Shown here piece by piece: positions 53,040 to 64,000 of a stretch of DNA of 64,000 nt. Below the pieces are notes generated by a model. It made no database searches. It was not told the DNA's origin and saw nothing but the letters and a program-made list of their open reading frames with translations. Source of the stretch: Dicyema japonicum (lineage: Eukaryota; Animalia; Dicyemida); contig RDEW01000015.1 in NCBI GenBank assembly GCA_011109175.1, positions 266,310 to 330,309 on the forward strand, written 5' to 3'. Position numbers and translations under genes: made by a program. Positions within the stretch are counted from its first letter, which is position 1; every line of letters starts with the position of its first letter.

Positions 53040-53850
53040 TCAGTTCTAGGATGTTCTTAAATAATCGACTAATTAGGTCATATAGTTTACTTAATGACCT
53101 CACTTTTCTCATTGGTTATTATAGCTCCAGGCACACAATATAGGGAATTAAAGTTATTCTATAATCAAGTGGTCCCAGTGTCTGCGCCTTTCATCACATT
53201 TCGGAGTCATTTAAAGTCTTTCGTAAGCCCCCAGAAAGGGGAAAGTTTATTTTCAAGTCTCACGTATATTCCAGGTAGACATGAATCTCTACTGAGAAGA
53301 AACTTAATGTTGCTTGTTTTAAAATTCATCCATCAGTAGATTATCTATGATAGATACTGTTCTTATCCATGTTCCTCCAAATTGAGACACATGATATTCG
53401 AACTCGGACTTTGGTGGGAAGTTTCCTTATGGGTTTCTGATATCTTCTGAGTTCATTGAGAAGGAAACCGAGACTTGAAATAGTATTGTTAGTAGGAATA
53501 TACCGCATTGAGGAAATGAAGACAGTACGTGTAACCCATGCTATAGCCTCCATAACTACGCAACCAGTACAACCCCCAAATCAATTAATAACTAGGACAA
53601 CTGGTCGATAATACTTTGAATTAATAGACTTAACGTGACACTTTGCTACAGATATGCACAATGTGGCATTATAATAAGGTTAATCTGCATCAAATACAAC
53701 TGCTAATACGGTAACAAAAAGCAAAGATTAATAATAATTCACTTGGTGGTTCCGCAATTGCTATTAAGAGTTTCCATGAACGCTGCGGGCTACTCGAGCG
53801 TATTTCCCTCGCAGTTTGATAGTCATGCAGTTAAGGTCGTGGCCCTCAAC
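53040..53850 (-). pseudogene. Possible cyclic-nucleotide-binding ion channel relic (CNG/HCN-like S6 and C-linker)
   Basis: YYNATLCIS...ISSMR|LGFLLNELRRYQKPIRKLPTKVRVRI and YCVPGAIITNE loosely resemble pore, C-linker and CNBD motifs. In-frame stops are present. Confidence 0.25.
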
Positions 53851-53989
53851 TTTCTAATCCCCGAGGTCACCGAAAAAGAAAGACAAAATATAATAAAACA
53901 TTAAGATGATATATGTCCCCACAATTACTTCTGTGTTACTCAATCGTACTCACTACTCATTCTCTTATGCTTAAACAGAAAATTGATTG

Positions 53990-54700
53990 GGGAAGAGAAC
54001 TTATGATCGACTTTCCTTTGCCCAGGACAGAGATAAATGAATCACATTTTTGCCTTATTCACAAAAGCAAATGAATCAGGCTCCGCATCTACGGTAGCAG
54101 CTTCTGTGAGTAAAGGATCGATCCATAAACTTATACTAACTTTACTAGTACAGTTAGTTGACTCGGTGGAGCATTGATTCTGACAAATTTTATTTCTTTG
54201 TTCAAAGACTGAGAATCACCATTAAATTAAGAGAAAATACGGCCATTAGGTGATTCCAGCCTTTCTCAGTCACCACCTCATCTTTGTTCTGTGTTCCTCA
54301 CAAGGTCCCAAGTACAAGCTTGCGAGCTCGCGCTACTGGAAGAAGTTTAAGTGAGATTAACCACGCATTCATCACTTCAATATGATTTCGAAGGTGTTAA
54401 GGTTTACCAAGGAAGACGAAAACCTTTTGAGAATTTTAATTACTGAAGACCGGAAGTCCTTGATTTTCTTCAAGTATTTTTATTAGGTTTTTACCTCAGG
54501 AGCGCAACAGTTTCTGACGGTTGGCTCAATGTACTGGATAAATAAGATCCATAGCGTCGAGATGAAAGAGCTCCTATATTGCCAAAGAGTGCCTTTGTTA
54601 ATTTGTGTTTTCGATTGGAAGAGGAAAACACATTCACTTGTTTTAAAGTCACGAGAGGTCAAACGTTACATCTGATATTTTTATTGCGAATTTGTTTGCG
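53990..54700 (-). repeat. Two tandem diverged copies of the unclassified repeat family
   Basis: PLLTEAAT...KVDHKFSSPINFL. The upstream copy ends AGIT*, with a tail resembling GGAATTACCTAATGG of the 21540 copy. Confidence 0.45.
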
Positions 54701-55719
54701 TTTTAGAACCAGTTTTGGGACTAAGGTAATCAATCTTCTATTTGGGGTTGAGTATTGAGTAAGGAGATTAGTTTCCCTGAGATTTTAGCAGATTAGTAGA
54801 AAAGACATAAGTTTTTAAGATGAGGGGGAATATTTGAAAGCTTTGTGGCTGCTTTGAGGAACGATGGAGTTTTCCTGATTGATGAAATATCATAGGTTGA
54901 TGATTATGTCTTGAAGAGGATTAATTCGGTCTTCGAAGTGAACAGAAAACTAATATTGGTGAGAAAGGCTCTGATGTCCTAGGAACGTCCTCCCAACCGA
55001 TTGAGACCCACCAATTTTTTGAATATTAACTACCATGAATCCTGGTGGGGACTTTGGAAAGAAATAGATACTCAGTTATATTATGTTAACCCGGCTCTAC
55101 TGAACCATTTCACCGCCGATCACATTGCACTGTTCACAGTCCGACTTTTAAAATATATTTTTATTGTTTCTGTATCAACCAGCCTATATCTGAAATAAAA
55201 GTGCATGACATTGTGTTCTTGATCATCCATGGAATCCATAAATTGGATATCAGAAATGCAGACACTTGCAAACTTTATATGAGACTTATTGCCTTAGACT
55301 AAAGACTAAAAATATCTGGTTTTTATCAATCCTTAACCTATGAAAAACATAATAATTAGGATTTCCTGGGAAGTTCGTGTCTACTTGGTACGTCTTTGTT
55401 GTAGTCAAAATACGGGTTTACAAGACTGTGTGAACAAAATTAAACCATCGGTTTCGTCGCTCTGTTTCTACTGCCTCCTTGATGACCGCAGGATAGGCCA
55501 CCTTTTCTCTTTTTCTGGTTCGGCTTTATCTTCCCCGCTAAACTATATCCATCAAAATGATATCTGACATTTGGGAGTTACTTTTCAGTTAGCCATCGAT
55601 TTCCTGCATTTGAAAAGACCAGGGCAAATACGCTAGATATTCTCGTTATAATGTTCATTTTTTTGGTTGACGTGGTGACGTGCCTCTCTTGCACCTATGT
55701 CTGCAAAAGATTCAGAAAC

Positions 55720-57080
55720 AATTTAAAGACCTGAACTATCCTAACTTCAATGTCAGAGGCCTGAATAACGTGGCTAAGAGGCAGCTTCTATGTTCGGATG
55801 TTGAGAAATACCGGGGTTCTGTATGCTGCCTGCAGGAGACTAAAATAAAAAATGGACTCGATGAAACGCATGCAAATTACAGGTTACTATTGCTACCCTC
55901 GGAATCGAGGCATTATGGACAAGGCTTTGCCATACACAAGGACTATATTCCCAGAGTATATCGTTACTGGAAAGTCAATGACAGAATCAGTGTCTTACAA
56001 CTACGAACAAGATCAAGCAGAAATTTGAGGAACTAATCTCAATTATCAACGTTTACCCATTACGTAGTGGACGTATCCTAAAAAATCCGGAAGAACTCGA
56101 CCTGTTCTACGAGGAATTGGGATTAACAGACCTCTGTTTATCATACTTATTGTTTATTGCCGGGGACTGGAGTGCGAAAGTGGGAACCCGTAGAGGAAAT
56201 GAAAGCTTCATTGGCCAGCACGGAAAACCATCTTGGCAGAGTTATGCCAGGCATTTGATCTGTTACTATGTAATACTGGTTTTCTAACATCCCGCACGTC
56301 ATAAAACGACATGGACTGGCAACGACTTTTACCTACCAAGGCTCTATTAACATTTTCAACCAAATTGACTACATCATCTGCGAGTCAAAGAAAAATCACT
56401 CCTACGTGAGTCGAGGTCTTACGGAGGTGCAGCTATCGACAGTGATCACAAGATAGTCTCTGCCAAGTTCGCAACGAGGACTTTGACTGACCTAATAATA
56501 AGAGAACCAAACGTAGATGTTAGAAGAAGCTATAAATGGAACAACTGTGTTACTCTACATCGATCAGAGACAACTACCAAGTATCAATTAAGAAATTCCT
56601 CCGAAACCTGGATCCCGGACTTTCTCCAGGAGGTATCTGGGCGGAAACAATGAAAGGGATCCTTTCGAAAGCAAATGAGAGTATCGGAACCTGGTCCCCA
56701 GCACTGTTTAAAAAATGTATACATCCAGATGTCCCCTCCTCATTAATTCATCGACCTGGGGAACGTCCAAAACCGAACAAATTGGACTAGACTCTTTCCA
56801 TCGAGGACAACTTAGATTCCTACTAGGACTAATTTGGCCAGCAAGAATAAAAAAGAAATTGCTGTACAAGAGATGTTGCACGGGTCCACTGAGTCTCGAA
56901 ATTGCTGATATGCGCTGGGGGCTATTCGGACAAATCTTGCGTATGGACTTGGGCGCTCCAACAAACACAGCAATGTAAGACTACTTTATGAGACAGGGAC
57001 CGTTTTTTCGTGGACGCCGGCGTATTACACTACCTGAAACACTTGACGGAGATCTAAAGCTCGTGAACAAACGTCTAAGA
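55720..57080 (+). mobile_element. Internally deleted RTE-like element (APE + 3' end, RT missing)
   Basis: NFNVRGL, CLQETK, IAGDWSAKVG, NQIDYII and DSDHK, then directly RWGLFGQILRM. No QG or YADD RT motifs in between. Confidence 0.7.
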
Positions 57081-57908
57081 AGTGGAAACGACCAGGACAA
57101 GTTGAGGAAACTCTCTTACGATCGAGGAGGTTAGAAGAAGTTGGTTCAGAAGATTGTTTTGAATTCTGCACGAGTGAAATTATAACTATTATGATTTTAC
57201 GATTGTTGTTTATAATACATATCTAATTGTAGTATCATTAAGCAAACTGGCTTCACAGAAAAGGTTTTTTTTAATAAGTTGCTTTTTGTGTTTTATACAT
57301 TAGAAGACTTTTAAATGAACTGAAAGGACGCATTTTCTTTAAAATTGAAATCAAATTCAAAGCTTCTTTCGAATGATGTTCTCTAGGAATCGCTGATATC
57401 CCTTTTCTTATTCAACTTATTCTTGGCTGACCTCTCTACACCGAGAAGTGAAAATGCTTGTACTAATGACATTATTCTAATTACACGAGATCAATTACAT
57501 ATTTTGGCTAGCTTTTGTGATGCGTCGAAAATAGGCTGACAAAATGCGATAAAAAAATAAATCTACTGAAAAGCCTCCTAGGACTAAGGAAAATTGAAAA
57601 TCACTATATCATAAAGCAGTATACAAGAATTACATCAAACCGCTCTTTTCGTAGACCTGCGCACCCATCTTCTGGACGAATGCTATGAAGAGAAAGGCTC
57701 GAACAAAAAGACGTGCAGAATGACTAAGTAATAGATAAATAACAAAAAACGACTATCACCAAACACTCTGGAAATCTTAATTCGCTTAGACGGTACACGG
57801 TTGCCGTTACATTGTGAACTGCAGTTCTCCGCCCATGATGGTCTAGTGTGGGCTCAATTAATCTATTCAGCAATTTTCAGAATACTGTACATTGATATTC
57901 CAGTATGC

Positions 57909-59100
57909 CAGGGGTGCCCAATTTTTTTCCCTCGTGGCTACTTTTTATATAGCGATTTGTCTGGCGATCGACTTGTATACATTTTTTGTATTTAAATAAA
58001 AATTTTTTTTAAAATTAGATTTTATTTAACAAAAAAAGAGAACAAGAAACAAACACGTCAAAAAGGGAGAGATTTTTTATTTTATAATAAAATATGAGCT
58101 TATTGTAATTCTCATACAGTCTCCAAGGTGGTCATCTGTTAAATGGGTCCTGTATAGATTTTATCATTTTCATGCTCGAAAATGATGTTTCCGATAAATA
58201 CGTGTTTCCGAAGCACAAAAGAATTCGTTGATACGCATCAATCAAAATGGGATATTTTTCTGAAGACATAAATTTCCACACGTTGACATTTGAATGTGCT
58301 TTTAAAATGATGTCATTTTTAGATATACAATTTATATTTTAATCTTTCTTGGGTCAACGTCAAAAATCTTTCTAAATTTATTCTGAAACATTTTCAATGT
58401 GACTCTTCATTAACGAAGAAGCAAAGAAAGTGCATAAAAAGTAATTTTCTTAAAATTGCCAAATCTGTGATTAAACTCGTTCATTATATTCTGTAGTACC
58501 AAAGCAAATTCTTTGACATAATGATTTTTATAAACAAGTTGTTTTGTGAATTCATCTTCAGTATTATGAAAATGGGTAAAATTTTCTTTTCGGATTTGAG
58601 ATATTCACAATTCTAACTTCATTTTGAAAGAATTTATTGATTATGTCTATAACATATTGTTCCCTGTAATTCCAAATTTAGTTCATTCAGTTTTGCGGAA
58701 ATATCAGTCAAAAATGCCAAAAGCCAATCAGGATTATCAAGAAAATGCCAATCCTTATTGTTTTCTTTTGAAAATTCTTTAATATGTGGTAATAATTCTA
58801 TGAAACGAGTGAGAATTAATCCCTTGTTTAACCATCTTGTGTCACAGTGCAAAGGTAGATCCTGTTCTAAAAAAGTCGAAATAATCTTAGCACGGATAGA
58901 ATTAATATTTTAACGGTTGTCTGCATAACATAGTTAAAATCTAACATTTTCCCACAAAATGCATCCTGATGAATGATGCAATGATATGTGAATAAATTCG
59001 GGAAATGAACATCTTCCCAAAAAATGCAAGAAACTCATTTCGATTTTTCAATCATGTGTTGTTATGGATACAAGTTTCTTCATTAACGGTAGCTGGGAAT
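57909..59100 (-). mobile_element. SPIN/GTF2IRD2-like hAT transposase relic with terminus
   Basis: Terminus CAGGGGTGCCCAA. Motifs HCDTRWLNKG.IL.RF, LAFLTDISAKLNELNLELQG, CFGNTYLSETSFSSMK and DDHLGDCMRI. Confidence 0.85.
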
Positions 59101-59169
59101 CATTTGCGCGTAAAAAAAACGATGAGGGCAAAAAAGAAGAAATACGAAGTGCTACGCGACCGATTCGAT

Positions 59170-59454
59170 TTTCAGATATTTTTGTACTTTCCAATTTCAT
59201 ATCTAGTTGAGAGAAAGTTTGTGAGGTGATACTTTATTTATGTAGAATCAAACCTGATATTTAAACTTTGGCTAAAAGTCATCAGTTTCAAGGATCACTA
59301 ATTAATGATTATTGCATTTTTCAATAAAACTATTTTTTAACGAGCTAAATTCATGCAAGTAAAAAAAGTTAAAGTTACTCATAGGTGGTTGAAATTTTTT
59401 GATGGTCGATGATATTTTAAAATCGATGGCGGGAAAAAGTGTTAAAAAAACTGA
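59170..59454 (+). mobile_element. C-terminus and right end of a second hAT (Buster/ZBED8-like)
   Basis: FPISYLVER..., IKPDI.TLAKSHQFQGSL*, followed by the terminus-like AAGTGTTAAAAAAACTG. Confidence 0.55.
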
Positions 59455-59639
59455 TCTAGACAATGACTGTCGACATTAACTGTAATCAAATTAATAAATT
59501 ATTTTTTAGACAATTAATTGTAACAATAAGGTTTTTAAGGCGATTAGGATGAAACTGTAATGATTTCCAAGAGACGAATATTTCTTTAGTTTATTGTTTT
59601 GCAGAATCAAATTTAGACGGTCAGAATCATGGCATCAAA

Positions 59640-59820
59640 TAGTTTCAGTCTTCGAGACATAGATTCGAAGCCGTAGGGTCCCTCACTGCGGCCTTTCTGA
59701 AAGAAATAGGAGGGAAACTAGAGAGCCGGAAAAAGAACCCCGAGAATCGTTCTAGCTAACAACGAGTCGGAATTGCCATATTACGTGGAAACGTATACGC
59801 AGTCCTATCTGCACGGCTTA
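59640..59820 (+). mobile_element. CRE-like 3' fragment
   Basis: EAVGSLTAAFLKEIG...QRVGIAILRGNV. Confidence 0.65.
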
Positions 59821-61042
59821 ATTATTTAAAATTTTTTGTTAATAAATTGTTTTCCCAAAAAAAGAAAAATAGGTAGTGAAATGGGGAGTCTGCAAGGAAA
59901 AGCCAAAATTTGGGCCTTGATGACAAACGAGAGACTTTGACCGAACCAATTCCCCTGGGGGAATCCTAGAACCAAAGGAGAGAAGAGCATAACATCCTAC
60001 GTGGTTGTTAATTTGGTGACTCAATTGGAACGACATTGGCTTAGGATAGACGAATACACATGAGTCGAAAATTACTAAAACAAAAAGAACAGTTAATTTC
60101 AAGTTTGTGGGAGTTGGTCATTGCGCATATTTTGCACATCCAATTCTATTTTGTAAAAATGACTGAAAGTTTTGTTTTGCGGGAGTTCCAAATAAAAGGT
60201 TAATCCATCTTCTCTTCAATAAATAACAAGGCTTAACATGTTTTTCTCGAAAAATTAAAATTCTAAAAAATCCGAGATTAAGTAAAAATGAAAGTGCCAA
60301 ATATGAGAATTAAAGGTTTAATATTTGTTACCTGTGAAGTGTTGAACAGAAATAAATAGTCATCATTGAGTACTACTATGGTAGACAATTTCGAAGAGAT
60401 AAGCGTTATCACAATTTCTTAGATCAAAGAGGATTTATAATTACTATTTTACTACTATAAAGGATATGTAAGATATTATCATAATAATCAATATCAGGAA
60501 TCACCCTCAAGTCATTGATCATATAGGTGTTGGTAGACATTCTGTTGTTTCCGTAATTACTTTACAATGACATTCCTTTTGAATATATATGGTTGTACAC
60601 ATGAAACCCCACCAGAGGATTTTGAATATCACGTCAACACCACTAACAAAACCTTTGGATAAAATGATTTGTTTTGGAACTTTAAAAGAATGAAAATTAA
60701 TTTGAATTATTTTGTAAAATTAACAAACTAAGAATAAGAAGACTCCTATGAGAAGAGTACTACTTCTTACTTTCAACAATATTTGACTCCCCTGGATCAC
60801 TTAGTTAGCTAAGGACATTTTCTCTTTAAACTCAGCGATCTTGGGCAATGTAACATATAAGCAAAAAATCCGTCATTCGGTTAACACAATTTGTCCTTAA
60901 AATAATTTAATAAGAACATTTTAGTCGATTTTTGTAATGAAATAAAAATCTTTATTCCAAGATTACCACAATAATTCCAAAATTCAAATAAAGATAAACC
61001 ACAAATATTTGTATCATTGTTTAATTTTAATAATTACTTTTT

Positions 61043-61970
61043 TTAAAGACAATTATTTAACAAAGAAACAAATGTTAGTTGAGGAAGCCGGCTGCGTGGA
61101 TCGCAAACGAGATCCCTCGGAGTATGGCTATTCCAATCTATTGTCTCAGCCATAACTTTTCTCGTTGATCCCTTTTCTTTCTGGCAAGCATTTCTCCGAG
61201 TTCGCAAAAAGAACTCAGCCGTCATTGGACCAACGGCTCCCTATGACTAGAACGCAACAGGAGTAAATCGGTACCGGTCCCCGAGGCAAGAATATTTATT
61301 GATTTTTAGGTTTTCCGCGGTCGAAGCAGCTGCTCCAGGTGTCTGAACCGATTTGAAAAGATTCGTGCTTGAAAATGTGTCAACACAAGTTGCGTCCCAG
61401 ACAAAGATCTTCAGGATGTGCAAGGGGAAAGGGTCATCCCGTCAGGTCTCTTTCCATCTCCTCGATCGATACCTACTGGTTCAAGCTGTGATAGAAAGCC
61501 TGTAGCTTTCAGAGCTCTGACAATCACATCCTTCAGACCATCGTGATGTGGCCCTCTTTCGGCGCTTCTTCTGCAGGACAGCGGGTGCAATCCCTTCGCA
61601 TCGACTATTTTCTCGCATCGGCATCGGTGCTCCTGGCATCTTCCTGGCTTTCCGGAGGTTCGAGATCTTCAAGAGAGTGTGGTCAGTATGTGGCAGTGTA
61701 AAGTTTGGCTGAGCTATTTTTCCCGCCTGGGGACCTCGTTTCCAATACAAGAGGGGCACAGTCAACTCGACAGCGTCTCAGCGCAAGCTTTACTCATTTT
61801 TATGCAGCCCAAATGGACGAGTGCTTCACATGGCGTGCAGTTAATTCCAAATTTCCTGATATTCGATTGTTTACATAAGAGATATACCTGAGTTGTTCTT
61901 CGTACTTGGTCTTCTTTTCGTTCTTTATTTTCCATATCAGATTTTCGTTGATAACACCACACGTTTTATT
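61043..61970 (-). mobile_element. Internally deleted CRE-like element: N-terminal PHD-like region joined to a complete RLE domain
   Basis: GINCTPCEALVHLGC at 61762-61962, then EPVGIDRGDGKRPDGMT...WDATCVDT...AENLKINKY...RFTPVAF...GIAILRG. No RT between them. Confidence 0.75.
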
Positions 61971-63382
61971 TTAATATTACTTTAATTACTTACTTTAGAA
62001 AAAGAAATTGTAAGTCTATATTTATGCCCGAATGTTGAATATTGAAAAGTCAAATATTATGAAGATGAGTTCCCATCATTCTTGTTTAACCTATTAACTT
62101 TTAAATTCACACGAACACAGAGAAATTGTTTTAATTTAGAGCAGTTGGTATAGTAGTTGATTTGTTGACGTAGCTCTGGTCCACTATGGGATAGCTACAT
62201 GTAGTGTCTTCACGTAAAAATGGATATTATCTCACCTTCTTAATAGACCCAGAAAACGTAGGAAACTAGGGATGTTGAATAATGGATCACCAGATATGCT
62301 AATGTCTGAATTTGAATTCAGTTTGGTCTAATTTGAAAACTTTGATATGTCTTCCATGAAGAGGAACATGCGAATTCTAGAATGTTCTTAATAAGAAATT
62401 AGAATTCGCTAAGAATCCTAAGAAATAAAGAATCCAATTTTGCAGTCTCAATTTGAGAACGAATGTTCTTGGTTTAATTTACGGAATTGGCGATTTTCAG
62501 ATGCGGAAACCATTAAATTAATGAACTAAAAATACTAATAAACTCACTAATAAGCCACATGTAAATATTGGGAGACATTTCCTCCTTTCATTATAAAAAC
62601 GAGACAATGTTAGTTCGACAAGGAGTCGTTGATTAACAAACAGGTTGTTTTATCAGGCAAATCGGCGAATTCTCAAAGACAAATTGCAAGCTGTGACCAC
62701 ATAAATATATTTACGGGACTAATAAATTAATTATCAATCATTAACGACAGTTCTGTTGGTAAGATTAAGATATTTCCTGAGAGTTCAGTGCTCAAGGGGG
62801 TAATTCGACCGGTAAAGAAATGGACCAAATACTAAGCCACGTGGAAATTGGATAAATCAATGACAGCGCGTAAATATTGCGAAATGATATTAATTATTAA
62901 TGACGTTCTATTCTTGGTTAAATATGGATTGGACTGAACGGTCGAGTAAAAAAGATGCTGTATCACAATTATTTTTTATTTTACCACATTTAGGGCGATT
63001 GATCAATATTCTCCGATATACGGATATTTTTACAATCAGAAATATTTAAAGGACGGCCAGAATTATTATCGTAGGGACTACCGTTACATGAGAACCCCCA
63101 AAGGTACCGTCTACTACTGAAATGTTCAGGCAAGAAAGCATCCATTGTAGCCTCTTCTAAAAACCCAGTTGGAGACCTCCAATGGACTCTGCCACTTTTG
63201 TCAACCCATAAGTCGTATCCCCTGGAGGCAAAGCTATTTCATAGTTGTGGTTGTGCTGATTTTAGAAAAAATTGTTGAAAGAAGAAATTTAAAGGCAAGA
63301 ACTATTTGATTATTTTTAACTGAAACCACTAATTTATTATTTTTAATTTATTGATTAACATTTCGAATTTTCGCCCGATTTA

Positions 63383-63600
63383 TCAATAAATTATTTTTAA
63401 TTTTTTGACAATTTCGTCAGTGTGGCTATTCCCCCTCTGGAATTCAAGGGAAATCCGTTCGAATAGCCAACAGCTTTCTCGAAGGTCCCCTGAACGGACT
63501 GAGATTATGTTTTTGAAGAAATTGTAGTATAAATGTTCGAGGATTCCAAAGGTTTCCACAACGAGAGAAAGAAACGTTGCATTTAATCGATTATTAGTGA
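63383..63600 (-). mobile_element. CRE-like 3' fragment
   Basis: FLSLVVETFG...WLFERISLEFQRGN. Confidence 0.65.
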
Positions 63601-63813
63601 AAATTAGATTATTCAACTTGAATGGCTATTAAAACTGTCAAATTGAGTTTTTCTTAAATATTCCGATCTGATGAGGAATATGTCAATTTTGTGTTTACTA
63701 GATGTTATGTTTGCCGACTTTGTAGTCCTGAGAGCCAATATCATTATTTAATTATAAATCATTATTAATCAATATAATGCCAATATAAAACATTTTATAC
63801 GTATATAACTTGT

Positions 63814-64000
63814 ATGATTGGAATATTTATCATTATTCATTATATTTACAATTTCATTACATTCGAGCATCACTTTTACAACAACACCGTCATCGCTGAC
63901 GAGGACTACGACAGTCTTGAGGACTGGTACAATCAGTTGAAGAAGACCGCACAAATAACTTCAACCTTGACTACCCTGTCAACTAGTGCTGTGACGACGA
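63814..64000 (+). CDS. 5' part of a possible secreted or surface protein with a Ser/Thr-rich region; runs off the window end
   Basis: Open frame MIGIFIIIHYIYNFITFEHHFYNNTVIADEDYDSLEDWYNQLKKTAQITSTLTTLSTSAVTT, with no stop to the end. Confidence 0.4.
   Translation, partial: MIGIFIIIHYIYNFITFEHHFYNNTVIADEDYDSLEDWYNQLKKTAQITSTLTTLSTSAVTT

Noticed and set aside
59839-60102. Small secreted WSC-like protein (VGCY)
   Set aside because: The cysteine pattern is incomplete and there is no intron or homology support.

Overview
This is AT-rich eukaryotic (animal) DNA, not prokaryotic. A few compact host genes sit among dense, mostly decayed transposable elements, and nearly all their introns are ultra-short (about 20-30 nt). 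That pattern fits a dicyemid-like mesozoan, but the taxon is my inference. Host genes I could reconstruct by hand: FARP (FERM-RhoGEF-PH, 14540-17933 +), two intact tandem POLE3/CHRAC17 copies (-), an integrin beta (43183-45875 +), pitchfork/PIFO (46849-47562 -) and spermidine synthase (51871-52781 +). There is also an SH3 ORF and two weaker orphan genes. TEs include CRE-like, R4/Dong-like, RTE-like and I/Jockey-like non-LTR retrotransposons, hAT and MULE DNA transposons with verifiable target-site duplications (TSDs), and a tRNA-derived SINE family. Most notable: (1) a SINE-SINE recombination that duplicated POLE3; (2) a MULE > hAT > retroelement nested structure with both TSDs intact; (3) a dispersed, intronless protein-coding repeat family I cannot assign to any known class; (4) an integrin beta with substituted metal-binding residues and non-canonical NPxY motifs; (5) an apparent GT-TG intron in spermidine synthase. 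Boundaries of degenerate TE fragments are approximate. All homology calls come from recalled motifs, not database searches.
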